DNA of 64,000 nt from an uncultured Methanoregulaceae archaeon (lineage in GTDB: Archaea > Halobacteriota > Methanomicrobia > Methanomicrobiales > Methanospirillaceae), in NCBI GenBank assembly GCA_963701095.1, contig OY969564.1, forward strand, positions 1,376,001 to 1,440,000, given 5' to 3'. Shown here piece by piece: positions 40,237 through 51,320 of this stretch. Within the stretch, counting starts at the first letter, position 1, and the number at the start of each line of letters is the position of its first letter. A model generated the notes under the pieces. It made no database searches and was not told the DNA's origin. It saw only the letters and a list, made by a program, of their open reading frames with translations. The position numbers and the translations under genes are program-made.

Positions 40237-41604
40237 TTGTCGAAAGTTGTAGAGATTTCCCCAACCACAAGACATGAGGGACACTCCAAGCTTGTCTTGA
40301 AGGTTAACGATCAGGGTATCATTGAAACGGGTAACTGGTGTTCCATTACCCCGGTGAGGGGCGTCGAGAAGCTTGCCGTCGGCAAGACCCCCGAACAGGT
40401 GCCGAAGATCGCATCCCGTGTCTGTGGTATTTGTCCGATTGCCCACAACCTTGCGGCTACCGAAGCAATGGAAGCATCCATCAAGTGCGAAATCCCAAAG
40501 GACGCAAAGATGCTCCGTCACATCCTTCAGCTCGCAAACCGGCTGCACAGCATTGCACTGCACGACATCCTGATTCTGCCCGACCTGTATTTACCAGGTA
40601 CCGAGACTAAGATCAACCCGTTCACGGCAGAGGAGCCGGTGCGCACCGTTGCAAAACGCATCCAGCGACTCCGTGAGATCGGCCAGACCATCGGCCAGAT
40701 TGCCGGCGGCGACTGCATCCACCCGAGAAATACCCGTGTCGGTGGTATGTATCGGAACTGCTCGGAGCAGGCAAAAATCAAGATGTACGACCTTGCAAAA
40801 GAGGCACTCCCCCTTGCAAAGGCCCAGATGGATCTCATGATCGCGATCCTCAGGAACTATCAGGCGCGCGAATCTGTAGATGTCGGCGGCATGAAGGTGC
40901 CCCTGCCTAAGACCCTCGGTTACCACAACCAGGGCTACCTTGCAACCCACGCGTTCTATGGCAACTCAAGCCTGGACGAATGCCCCGGATGGGACATCGA
41001 CCGGTTTAAGGAAGTCCGGCCATGGGACTGGTACATGGGCGAGATGGAAGTCTCGCTTGAAGAGCCAAGGTATCCAATCGGCGGTACCACCAAGGTCGGA
41101 ACCAAGGTCAACCCACAGATGGAAGCCTGCACCGGTATCCCGATGTATGACGGCCAGCCTGTTGAAGTCGGCCCGCGTGCCCGTCTCGCAACCTACAAGG
41201 GTTACGATGAGAAAGGCACAGTCGGCCAGAACGTGGCACGTGAAATGGAATACACGGACAGCCTGTATGAGATGATCGACTGCATCGATGCACTTGACTC
41301 GAACGGCAAGGTCGTTGCAGACTACATTCCCGACGGCGACGGCTCTCTGGGCTGGGCATCCAACGAAGCCCCCCGTGGCACCGATGTACACATTGCACGC
41401 GTCAAGGACTGGAAGGTCCAGTACTTCAGCATGCTCGTCCCGACTACCTGGAACTTTGCGACCTGCAGTGCCGCCCTCACCGGCGCGCCATGGCAGCTTG
41501 CTGAAGTTATCATGCGCGGGTACGACCCCTGTGTGTCATGTGCAACCCACATGATCGTACTGGATGAAGACAACAAGTTAGTGGCTCAGAAGCTCATCCA
41601 GTGA
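40237..41604 (+). CDS. frhA: F420-reducing [NiFe] hydrogenase alpha subunit
   Basis: PTTRHEGH, RVCGICPIAH, DPCVSCATH plus cleavable tail; TTG start. Confidence 0.97.
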   Translation: MSKVVEISPTTRHEGHSKLVLKVNDQGIIETGNWCSITPVRGVEKLAVGKTPEQVPKIASRVCGICPIAHNLAATEAMEASIKCEIPKDAKMLRHILQLANRLHSIALHDILILPDLYLPGTETKINPFTAEEPVRTVAKRIQRLREIGQTIGQIAGGDCIHPRNTRVGGMYRNCSEQAKIKMYDLAKEALPLAKAQMDLMIAILRNYQARESVDVGGMKVPLPKTLGYHNQGYLATHAFYGNSSLDECPGWDIDRFKEVRPWDWYMGEMEVSLEEPRYPIGGTTKVGTKVNPQMEACTGIPMYDGQPVEVGPRARLATYKGYDEKGTVGQNVAREMEYTDSLYEMIDCIDALDSNGKVVADYIPDGDGSLGWASNEAPRGTDVHIARVKDWKVQYFSMLVPTTWNFATCSAALTGAPWQLAEVIMRGYDPCVSCATHMIVLDEDNKLVAQKLIQ

Positions 41605-41614
41605 GTGTCACCTG

Positions 41615-42166
41615 ATGCTGCATTCGGAAATCGTAATCGTGGGATGCGGAAATCCCCTGTTTGGCGATGACGGGTTTGGCCCAGCTGTGATTGAGGAAAT
41701 GGAGAAGCTCACACTTCCCGACAATGTAACAATACAGGACGGTGGCGCTGGCGCCCCGCACTTTATTTTTAATTTCCTTAATCCTGAAGTGACCAAGAAA
41801 CTTATCGTCGTTGATATTTCAGATTTTAATGCAAAGCCTGGATCAATTTCCAGAATCTCCGGCCAAGATCTGAAGCCGGGAGCTTACATTGACCCGCATT
41901 CATGGGATGGTACCGACCAGCTCTGTCGTATCAGTGATCAAATCGACACTACCGTGATCCTGTGCCAACGGTCAAAGGCCCTGAAAAAGGGAGATGCGGA
42001 CGTTGATATGGAGCTTTCAGAAGATGTGAAAAACGCGATTCCGAAAGCAATCCGGGTAATACTCGAAACTATTGGAGTGGATTATGGGACTACTATCAAG
42101 TGTATTCAAGAAGAACGTCAGCCCGGAACCGCCAAAACCAGCTGCGGCTCCCTCAAAACAAGCTGA
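41615..42166 (+). CDS. frhD: hydrogenase maturation protease
   Basis: GCGNPLFGDDGFG, DPHSW. Confidence 0.93.
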   Translation: MLHSEIVIVGCGNPLFGDDGFGPAVIEEMEKLTLPDNVTIQDGGAGAPHFIFNFLNPEVTKKLIVVDISDFNAKPGSISRISGQDLKPGAYIDPHSWDGTDQLCRISDQIDTTVILCQRSKALKKGDADVDMELSEDVKNAIPKAIRVILETIGVDYGTTIKCIQEERQPGTAKTSCGSLKTS

Positions 42167-42986
42167 CGTCGCAGCAAAACCAGCAGAAACAAAAAAGGAG
42201 GTTAAGCCTGTGGCTGATAAAATTACATTAGGTTACACGCACGTCAGTGGGTGCACCGGTTGTACTGTGGCGCTCGCAGACAACTATGCCGGATTATTAA
42301 CACTCCTCGACAGATACGTCGATCTTAAGTATATGCCTACCCTTGCAGATGCAAGGCACATCCAGAAGGTCGATGTCTCGTTTGTTGAGGGTTCCGTCTG
42401 TATTAATGACAAACTCGCTGTAGAAGAGATCAAGGAAACCCGTGAAAAGTCAACAATCGTAGTCGCCCTCGGCGGCTGCGCATGTTATGGCAACATCACC
42501 CGGTTCTGCCGCGGTGGCCAGCAGAATCAGCCGGCCCACGAGGCATTCCTGCCAATTAACGAACTGATTAAAGTTGATGTATTCATCCCCGGATGCGCAC
42601 CAACTCCGCAGATGATCAGGAACGTTGCGGTTATGGCATACCTGCTTCTCAAGGGAACCAAGGAACAGAAAGACCTCGCGACTGCATTCCTTAAGCCCCT
42701 CATGGCACTCCCAGCACAGGGAACTGCCTGTGGAGCATCGTCAGCATGCTTCTGCGATCTGATGACCAACGTCATCGACCAGGGTCTGTGCATGGGATGC
42801 GGCAGCTGCGCAGCAGCCTGCCCGGTCAACGCAATTACTCATGAGTACGGCAAGCCCCAAGGCGAGCGTGACCTGTGCATCAAGTGCGGCGCATGCTACA
42901 ACCAGTGCCCGCGGAGCTGGTTCAGCTTCGATGTCGTAGAGAACTATGAGGCGATCAACGAGGCCATCATGGCGGCACTCCAGTGA
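42084..42986 (+). CDS. frhG: F420-reducing hydrogenase gamma subunit (alternative GTG start at 42210)
   Basis: [20 protein letters not shown], two ferredoxin motifs. Confidence 0.95.
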   Translation: MGLLSSVFKKNVSPEPPKPAAAPSKQADVAAKPAETKKEVKPVADKITLGYTHVSGCTGCTVALADNYAGLLTLLDRYVDLKYMPTLADARHIQKVDVSFVEGSVCINDKLAVEEIKETREKSTIVVALGGCACYGNITRFCRGGQQNQPAHEAFLPINELIKVDVFIPGCAPTPQMIRNVAVMAYLLLKGTKEQKDLATAFLKPLMALPAQGTACGASSACFCDLMTNVIDQGLCMGCGSCAAACPVNAITHEYGKPQGERDLCIKCGACYNQCPRSWFSFDVVENYEAINEAIMAALQ

Positions 42987-42997
42987 AGGTGATTGAA

Positions 42998-43925
42998 ATG
43001 GGAGCAGAACTCGGTAAATACAAATCATGCGTCTCAGCACGGAGCACCGATAAAGAGGTTCTCAAGCACGCTCAGGATGGCGGTATTGTTACATCCCTCT
43101 TCGGCTATGCACTCGATGCAGGAATCATTGACGGCGCAATTGTCGCAGCAACAAAAGAATTTGCAGCAAAACACCCGTCAAAGATCATGAGAGACAACTC
43201 TAACTGGGATATGATTGAGCCATGGAGACCAATCCCGGCGATTGTTAACACTAAGGCTGCAGCTGCTTGCAGCAGCAGGCACGAAGTACAACATCAGCCC
43301 GAATGTCTCAATGATCAAGGAGGCAACCCGCAGCTTTGGTCTTGACAAGGTTGGTATTGTCGGAACACCCTGCCAGATGCAGGCAATCCGGAAACTCCAG
43401 CTCTACCCAATCGGTGCCCGTGATGTCGGCGCCAGCATTGCACTTGCAGTTGGTATCTTCTGTATGGAGAACTTCCCGTACCAGAGTATCCTTCAGCTCG
43501 TGGAAGACCATGCGGCAATGAAACTCGAATCAGTCAAGAAGATGGAGATCGGGAAAGGCAAGTTCTGGGTCTACGGCAAGCGCGGACAGGTCGTTCAGCT
43601 GCCCCTCAAGGTAACCCACAAATACGAGCAGCCAGGCTGCCACGTATGTCTCGACTACGTCGCAAACCTCGGTGATGTATCCACCGGCTCCGTTGGCAGC
43701 CCCGATGGCTGGTCCACCGTCTTTGTCAGGTCAAAGATTGGGGAAGCAGTCTGGGCACAGGCAATGGCAGCAGGTGTCTTTGAGACCCAGCCCATCGAAA
43801 AGGTCAAGCCCGGTCTTGAACTTGTGACCAAGCTCGCAAACGAGAAGATCACGAAGAACAAGAACACGGTAGAGGCCCGCAAGACCTTCGGTGTTGGAAA
43901 AGGACTCAGGAACCCCTACATCTAA
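42998..43925 (+). CDS. frhB: F420-reducing hydrogenase beta subunit, frameshift at ~43260
   Basis: [43 protein letters not shown]. Confidence 0.95.
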
Positions 43926-44028
43926 CTTTTTTTTGAAAATATGACTTGAACACAAAACGTGTGTGTTCTGATTTGTTATGATTTTGCGTTAAGCATGCAG
44001 GATTGCATAAGCCGGACATCCCGAAATC

Positions 44029-44340
44029 TTAAATTCCCCAGTTCTTGATTTCACGAATGGAAGCACCCGGAAGCAAGTGCAGGAAAAATCCTTCCACTAC
44101 TCCCCGAAAAGCCGCTTCTTTAGAAGAATACGTTCTGGAATCTCGGTAATAATCTTTGGCTCCTTTCTCCCGCACGACAAGGTTTGGGATGCCATAATAT
44201 TCGCTACCCGATCGCATAATTTTAATTTTAAGAGGGACTTCGACATCCCTTATAGTGATCTCATAAATTCCGACTAATTCCCGTATAAGCAGGATATCCG
44301 GGTGCTGCCTGATGTAGTCTTCCTCTGATGCTGGCGTCAC
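44029..44340 (-). CDS. hypothetical protein (start uncertain)
   Basis: Protein-like stretch ELVGIYEITIRDVEVPLKIKI. Confidence 0.6.
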   Translation of the reverse strand: MTPASEEDYIRQHPDILLIRELVGIYEITIRDVEVPLKIKIMRSGSEYYGIPNLVVREKGAKDYYRDSRTYSSKEAAFRGVVEGFFLHLLPGASIREIKNWGI

Positions 44341-44600
44341 AAGCGTATATAGACAGCCATACAGGAAAAAGGATCGGTTTTTTCGTTTTGTCTCTATTTT
44401 GCAGAATATTTCTAAACTTGGATTTTCCGTACCTAAATGTACCATAAACCGCTGGCTGGTTTATGTTAAACCCGCAAGAATATGAAGATTATACGTTCGC
44501 AGAAAGGAGACTTTCCGTGTACATCTTTGACCCGGTTTTGTTTCTTAAACGTTGAAACCGCAGTCTTTATGCCGCAGTCGCAGGTATCTACTAAGAAGTA

Positions 44601-45305
44601 TATGACCAGAAAATGCGGAAACTGCGGTGCACCTGCCCCTGACACCAATTCACGGTTCTGCGACCTGTGCGGAGCGCCGCTTATCCTGGAGCCGGTAACC
44701 CCTCAGGGTCTGCCGGTCTGCCCAACCTGTGGAGCTGTCGTTTCTGATAAGAAAGCTCAGTTTTGCGATGTTTGCGGTGGACCACTTGCAAAACCGGTCT
44801 GCCCTGTTTGTGGCAACCAAGCACCGTCTCCCCGCTCAAAATTTTGCACCCGTTGCGGCGCAACCTTCGTACCTGGAGTTCAGGGCGGGAAAAATCGTGC
44901 CACGCCAACCGCACCTGCACCAGTACCAGAATCTGAGCCTGTGGTCATACGGCCAAAGAAAAGTCGCCTGCCAACATCTGAAGACCCTTCCTCAGAATGG
45001 GATCCCTGGACCGATGGTGACCCGCTCTACGATATTTCAACCCCTCTTCCGCAACAACCTCAGCAAAAACCCTTGAATAATCTCCAGCGTATTGCCGAGG
45101 GAACAGCACGAGTACCTCGACCTGCCCCGGAACAAATGCTCCATTCTTCCGGGCCGCAGAAAAAATATTCTCACCTTCCTCTCGTTGCCGATGAATTAAA
45201 ACGGGATACTGAACGCCATATTGCTCCTGATACTGCAGAAAGCGAAAAACCGGGCGTAAACACAAACAGGAAAAAAAGGGAGGGATATTCAAATTTTTGA
45301 AATGA
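44601..45305 (+). CDS. multi double-Zn-ribbon protein with Pro-rich linker; probable frameshift at ~45252
   Basis: Six CxxCG motifs. Adding one G gives the C-terminus KPGRKHKQEKKGGIFKFLK*. Confidence 0.75.
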
Positions 45306-45379
45306 AAGTATAGCAGAAATTACAGAACATATTTTGTGCTCTTTCAACATCCCTTACGGCATAGTGGCATTTACAATAG

Positions 45380-46213
45380 TCATGTGAAATACCGGACAAT
45401 GTTCCGGAAGATTGTCATATTTAGTGATTCTTCCGGGATCTTTTCTCCTTTCCGCCTCATTTGTTCTTTGAGCAGTGGCCAGTCATAAAGGTTAGTAAAT
45501 TCCATAGCCCTTTCAGGATGAGGCATCATACCTAACACCTTACCGTCCGCAGATGTGAGACCGGCGATGTCCTCTAAAGAGCCATTCGGGTTGAATGGAT
45601 ACTCGCCGCAGGCAGGGTTCAGATCATCCCTGCAGTACGTGAAGGCGATCTGCCGGTGTTTTTTGATCCGCAGGAGAGTCTCAGAAGAACAGTAAAGGTT
45701 TCCTTCTCCGTGAGATACCGGGCAGAAGAGTTTGACGATCCCATGTGTCCAGATAGTATCTGCACCAGGACGGATCGTCACAAACCTGCATTCGAGCCGC
45801 CCGCTCCTGTTGGGCATAAGGGCGATCTCCCGTGAGTACGAGCGATCAAATGCAGGGACAAGACCGAGATTTGCAAGGATCTGGAAACCATTGCATATAC
45901 CAAGGACAAGATTTTCGCCATCTAAAAATTCCAGAAGATCATCCCAGAGATTGTTTCTCACGCGGTTTGCATATGCGTTGCCTGCACCTGTATCATCGCC
46001 ATAGGAAAAACCGCCAGGAAAAATCAGGAGGCGGTAATCCGACAGATGTTGGCGCCCTGCAATCAGATCATTGATGTGAATAATATCCGCATCCATACCG
46101 GCCCGGAGGAACGCCTCCCGCGTTTCCATTTCAGAATTAATCCCGTACCCGCTCATGATGAGGGCTTTTTCCTGTATATGAGGTCGTAATGATAATTTTT
46201 GTGCAGGTGGCAT
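45380..46213 (-). CDS. purQ: FGAM synthase glutaminase subunit
   Basis: GYGINSE, FPGGFSYGDD, GICNGFQ, SHGEG, MMPHPER. Confidence 0.93.
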   Translation of the reverse strand: MPPAQKLSLRPHIQEKALIMSGYGINSEMETREAFLRAGMDADIIHINDLIAGRQHLSDYRLLIFPGGFSYGDDTGAGNAYANRVRNNLWDDLLEFLDGENLVLGICNGFQILANLGLVPAFDRSYSREIALMPNRSGRLECRFVTIRPGADTIWTHGIVKLFCPVSHGEGNLYCSSETLLRIKKHRQIAFTYCRDDLNPACGEYPFNPNGSLEDIAGLTSADGKVLGMMPHPERAMEFTNLYDWPLLKEQMRRKGEKIPEESLNMTIFRNIVRYFT

Positions 46214-46214
46214 A

Positions 46215-49156
46215 TCAGAACCCCCGGTAAGGCGATTTGTATGCCTCTTCCAATTTTTTGATTTCCTGATCCAAAAGGAGCTCCTGACCAGTAATCCGGA
46301 GCCGGTTTCCCCGGTTTTTCCCAGCAGTAACGCATCGGCACCGATCGTTTGTTCAAAAGCCCGTTTATGATCAGGTGCTACCGTAACAAGGACCCGTGCA
46401 AGAGTCTCTGAGAAAAGGAATAAATCCGGTCGCATATTGGTAGGGATAGTTATATCCATGCCAAGTTGACCGGCAATCGCAACCTTTGCAAGCGCAATAC
46501 CCAATCCCCCATGATTCACCGGGTATGCCGACGCGACTAATTCGTGGGCGATTGCATTTGAAAGCCGGGCATAGCGTGCTTGTGCCATCGCTGCATCGAG
46601 TCGGGGAACAACAATCCCTGAAACACCAAGATGGGCATAATATTCAGATCCGCCCAGTTCTTCCTCAGTCCCGCCAATAACATAAACCAGATCTCCTGTT
46701 ATCTTTGCATCGAGAGAGACCACCTTTGTAATATCTCCATGAATACCAATAGAGGAAATCAGGAGCGTGGGGGGGACCGAGACTTTCACCCGGTTATTCT
46801 CACCATCATAGCCGGAAAAATCATTGAACATACTATCTTTCCCGGAAATAAATGGCGTCCCGAACGCTTTGGCATAATCATAGCAACCCATTGCTGCCTG
46901 TTTAAGCTGCCAGAGCCGGCCCGGTTCATCAGATGAGCACCAGCAGAAATTGTCAAGGAGTGCAATAGCGTCAAGAGGAATGCCGATGGATACGAGCCCC
47001 CGAATCGCAGTGTCGATAGCAGCCCCTGCCATAGAATAGGGATCGATCTCAGAATAAGCCGGGAAAAGTGCCTGGCAGAGCCCCACCGCTTTTCTTGAGC
47101 CTGGCACCACTTTGGTAAGTGTGGCAATCGACTGCACCCGCCCCTTTCCCTGCACGGGACCTAGTACATGACCTCCTTGCACGGTATGGTCATACTGGAT
47201 CGAGATAAATTCAGTTGAACAGATGTTCGTCCGGGCGAGCATTGCAATGAGGGTCCCACCAAGGTGATCCGGGCATGGCGGCATTGGGTCAGGATTTGTC
47301 AATTTTACCGGAGTTGTTATGAGATGTTTCCGGGGTAGCCCATCATGCAGGAATGCAAGATCGATATCCATAACGATCTCTCCGCGGTATTCCACCACAC
47401 ACTTTCCCGTATTCGTAAAAGTTCCTATTACGGTCGCTTCCACCTCACGGCTGGAAAGAAGATCAGTAAATGCTTTGAGATTTTCAGGAGGAACTGCAAG
47501 CGTCATCCGCTCCTGAGATTCGGAGATCCAGATCTCCCACGGTGCCATTCCGGGATACTTGAGGGGAACCAGGTCTAGTGTCACATGGCACCCATTACAT
47601 TCCTTTGCCATCTCAGCAACAGAACAGGAAAGGCCGCCAGCGCCGTTATCAGTAATGCTCCGGTACAGACCAAGATCCCGGGCCTCCTTCACGATCACAT
47701 CTGAAAATTTCTTCTGGGTAATGGGATCTCCTATCTGGACAGCAGTGACCGGGCTCTCCGGGTCAAGAGCCTCAGAAGAGAATGTGGCGCCGTGTATACC
47801 GTCCTTTCCCACACGCCCGCCGACCATTATAATAAGGTCTCCGGGTTCTGCCTTTTTCTCGTAGAGATTTCGGCCATTGTGCTTCCTTGGCATAATACCG
47901 ACGGTGCCAGCAAAAACGAGAGGTTTTCCCGCATAGCGGTTATCAAACCAGCAAAAGCCCTGTGGTGTCGGGATACCAGAGCAATTGCCCCCCACCCCGA
48001 CGCCACGCACGACACCTTCAAATATCTGCCTTGGAGCGAGAATGGGGTTGGTACGATCTCTTCCCCGGAACAGTTTCGGGTCCGTTGCCGGATCGCCAAC
48101 GCAGAATCCGTAAATATTGATACAGGGTTTTGCGCCAAGACCAAAACCGATCGTATCCCGGTTTACTCCGACAATACCGGTAAGCGCCCCCCCAAAAGGA
48201 TCGAGCGCTGATGGAGAGTTATGGGTCTCAACTTTATGGGTTACGAGATATTCTTCGTCAAAAACAATTGCGCCAGAGTTATCAGTAAATACCGAAACGC
48301 AGATATCACGTTCCCCTTTATCGGCCCTGATCTCTGTCGTCGCGGCCTGGATATACGTCTTGTAGAGACCTTCAGGGACATCGTCGTCCATAGCTGAAGC
48401 AAATATCGTATGCTTGCAGTGCTCGCTCCATGTTTGTGCGAGAGATTCAGACTCTATGTCGGTAGCCTTTCTTCCTCTTTTTTCAAAATAATCCCGGATT
48501 GCATGAAGCTGGGCAAGATCGAGCGCAAGCGGTCCCCGTCGCTGGCCGGTCTGAGGATCAGGGATGCCTTCCTTACCAATCCGGGCAAGCTCTGCATCCG
48601 AAATAGCGAGATCTACGCTGCCTGCCACCTGGACCTCGTGGAGCCTGACTTGAGGGACAACACGTTCCATTCCGTTTTCCCCGTATTCCTGGCGTGTCTT
48701 GGTAATTACTCTGTTGACAAGAGGGTTTGCAAGTGTGGCTGCGAGTCGCATCTGCTCATCGGGAGTAAGCCTGCCACGAGCGAGGTATAGTGAAGATGAT
48801 GATACCATCTCTCCCTCCTCAAATGGCATGCCAAGATAGTCTTCAATGGTCTGGCGGGCTGTAGCGCCCACATTGTCAGTTACTCCAGGTAAAAACCCGA
48901 CTTCGATCGCGTAATCGAAAAGGGCCCGGGTCGCTTCGTCCACCACGAATTCCTGCACTACGGGATTGCTGAGCCTGGCACCAATCTCGGCAAGTTCAGC
49001 TGAGCTGAGGTCCCTGCAAATAGTGGCGATTGTATAGATGTCGACCAGCTGCAGCGCCTCTATGGCAAAACCGAGTGAACGGATTCGGTCAGTGCGGATT
49101 TTTTCGCGAGGATCTTTTATATACTGAACTTCTATGCGGTGGACAAAAGAAGCCAT
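46215..49156 (-). CDS. purL: FGAM synthase PurL with N-terminal PurS-like domains; frameshift at ~46310
   Basis: PGVTDNVG, QTWSEHCKH, KVETHNSPS, DNGAGGLS, ISESQERM, SGKDS. Corrected end EEAYKSPYRGF*. Confidence 0.93.
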
Positions 49157-49246
49157 AGATACTCGTATGCCCTTAAAGGAGAAAAGACGTATCGTTTCGA
49201 TAAGATCTCACCCTGATATGAGCATCAGCCAGAATTAAAAAAGATC

Positions 49247-49741
49247 TTAATTTTTCCATCGGGTAACGGTAACCGGATCGATCATCGCATTGATGGCGAG
49301 ATCAAAGGGCACGGTTCCGGTCCAACCGGCCCGTACAAACATATCCTGGAAACAGACACCAACAACTTTTGCGCCACAGTGGCTGATAGTGAGATCCCGC
49401 ACCTGTTCTTTGGTAACCGGCATCAGTGGCATAGCAAGCCCCCCCATAATGACAAGGACACGGGCCTCTGTGACCGCCAGTGGTTCGCCGGATGCCTGCA
49501 TGCCGATATCCGGAACGTCATGGATGGTATGAGCTTTTGCCTCGTCAATCAGGGGTACAAAGGCCTGACGGAGATGGAGTCCACGTATCGCAACGGCAAG
49601 TAATTCGACAAATGGAGTGCAGGTTCCGACACATCCGTAGTAAACGACAAGATCCCCTTCCTTGAGGTTAAGGCTTTTTATATATTCTTTGAACGGGCGA
49701 AGGATGCCGGGTATTCCGCGCAGGGATTCAGATTCGTTCAT
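49247..49741 (-). CDS. DUF2124 family methanogen protein
   Basis: GILRPFK, GTCTPFVELLA, MGGLAMP, GVCFQDMF. Confidence 0.85.
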   Translation of the reverse strand: MNESESLRGIPGILRPFKEYIKSLNLKEGDLVVYYGCVGTCTPFVELLAVAIRGLHLRQAFVPLIDEAKAHTIHDVPDIGMQASGEPLAVTEARVLVIMGGLAMPLMPVTKEQVRDLTISHCGAKVVGVCFQDMFVRAGWTGTVPFDLAINAMIDPVTVTRWKN

Positions 49742-49799
49742 AGGTAACCAAACATCAGCATAAAAGACTATTAAGAATTCCAAAAATATCTTCCCTCTT

Positions 49800-50296
49800 T
49801 TAACAGAACCGAGTGTCAGACCGTGTGTGCTGCGCATTCTGAGCGACCGCCGTGAGCCAGCCGCAGCGTTCTCCGGGATACGCATCGAACTCCGGTACAT
49901 AGGGTTTAATGTCCAGAAGAGGTGTCCCGTCGATAACATCAACATCCTCGATTGAAAGGACACAACTGTCAACACCAGTAAGTTTCACGATCGACATACC
50001 GATAGCATTAGGGCGTTTCGGCGATCGCGTTGCAAAGACTCCCCGGGGAACGGGATCAAGAAAAGGAGTGACTTTAAGGGATACCCCGAACTCATGTGCA
50101 ATGCGTACAACAAGATAATCCGGGAGAACTCTTCGAGATCGGTGAGCCCCTCGCATAAATCAGGAACGATATCTATTGTCCCCCGCACACCCCTTGCCCC
50201 ATTCGGTTGGATGGGCATGCCCGCGATATTGGTAAAAGGTGAGTGAATCATGCCAATAGGCTTGTATGCATATGCCGGACTTGATGTATCACGCAT
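49800..50296 (-). CDS. tsaA: tRNA t6A37 N6-methyltransferase TrmO/TsaA, frameshift at ~50080
   Basis: PIGMIHSPF, GVFATRSPKRPNAIG, DGTPLLDIKPY. Confidence 0.9.
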
Positions 50297-50394
50297 GAAG
50301 ATCTATGATGCACGGAAAGGTAAAAATTCCCGGTACAGCAATCCGGGAACTACTTTAGGTAATACGATCAACGTTTTTGGAGGAAAGTCGCCGT

Positions 50395-51183
50395 ATGGGA
50401 CAGAAAGCATTATTTTTCCGGTCAGAAAACCTCGCTATCATCAACGAGGATATATTCGCCACCCGTGCAATTCCGGCACATGATATTGATCTTGTAATAA
50501 CATCGCCTCCCTACAACGTCGAAATCAGGTACAATTCCCACAATGACCGGCTTACGTATGAAGAATATCTGAAATTCTCGAAACGGTGGATGAAACGCTG
50601 TTTCCGTTGGCTCCGAAAGGATGGCCGGTTTTGCCTCAATATCCCGCTTGATAAAAATAAGGGAGGCCGGCAAAGTGTTGGTGCCGATCTAACAACAGTA
50701 GCAAAAGAATGCGGGTTTACCTATCACACAACCATTGTCTGGAACGAGGGAAATATATCGCGCAGGACCGCGTGGGGATCATGGGCAAGCGCATCCGCAC
50801 CGTACGTTATCGCACCTGTGGAGCTGATTGTTGTACTCTATAAGGATTCGTGGAAAAAAACCAGCGGCTCGCTAAAATCCGATATCACGCCGAACGAATT
50901 CAAGGATTGGACAAACGGCCTTTGGACATTCAATGGTGAACGCAAGACCCGGATCGGGCATCCTGCCCCCTTCCCTGTGGAATTGCCATTGCGATGCATG
51001 AAACTATTCTCCTTTGTCGGAGACCATGTACTCGATCCTTTCATGGGTAGCGGTAGCACACTTCTCGCCGCCTTACAATGCGACCGGAGGTCAGTCGGTA
51101 TCGAGATCGACACCCAATATTGCAACCTTGCAGTTCGCCGAATCGAAGAGGAAACAGTTAAGCGGAACTCAAATCCAGAATGA
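50395..51183 (+). CDS. beta-class N4C/N6A DNA methyltransferase (orphan)
   Basis: ITSPPYN, HPAPFP, DPFMGSGST. Confidence 0.92.
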   Translation: MGQKALFFRSENLAIINEDIFATRAIPAHDIDLVITSPPYNVEIRYNSHNDRLTYEEYLKFSKRWMKRCFRWLRKDGRFCLNIPLDKNKGGRQSVGADLTTVAKECGFTYHTTIVWNEGNISRRTAWGSWASASAPYVIAPVELIVVLYKDSWKKTSGSLKSDITPNEFKDWTNGLWTFNGERKTRIGHPAPFPVELPLRCMKLFSFVGDHVLDPFMGSGSTLLAALQCDRRSVGIEIDTQYCNLAVRRIEEETVKRNSNPE

Positions 51184-51320
51184 ATTCAAATCAAAAGAGG
51201 TGATCGAGGATAAGGATTCTATTTTAGTCATCTTGATCTTTTTCTTTTTACCTAAATATGCTCATGCTCGGAATGTAATCGAAAATTATAACCCATAAAA
51301 TTCTTTATATATATAGTGTA

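Noticed and set aside
40237..41604. Selenocysteine-type hydrogenase
   Set aside because: All Ni ligands are Cys codons; no in-frame TGA
45380..49156. 1258-aa PurL-PurQ fusion in the ORF track
   Set aside because: One added G at ~46310 gives a normal PurL end (LLDQEIKKLEEAYKSPYRGF*) with the PurQ ATG 1 nt later. The fusion linker is out-of-frame sequence.
49742..49975. N-terminal extension of the DUF2124 ORF (likewise 31537-31980, 24623-24817, 13977-14108)
   Set aside because: Extensions overlap other genes or promoters; downstream ATGs fit the family starts
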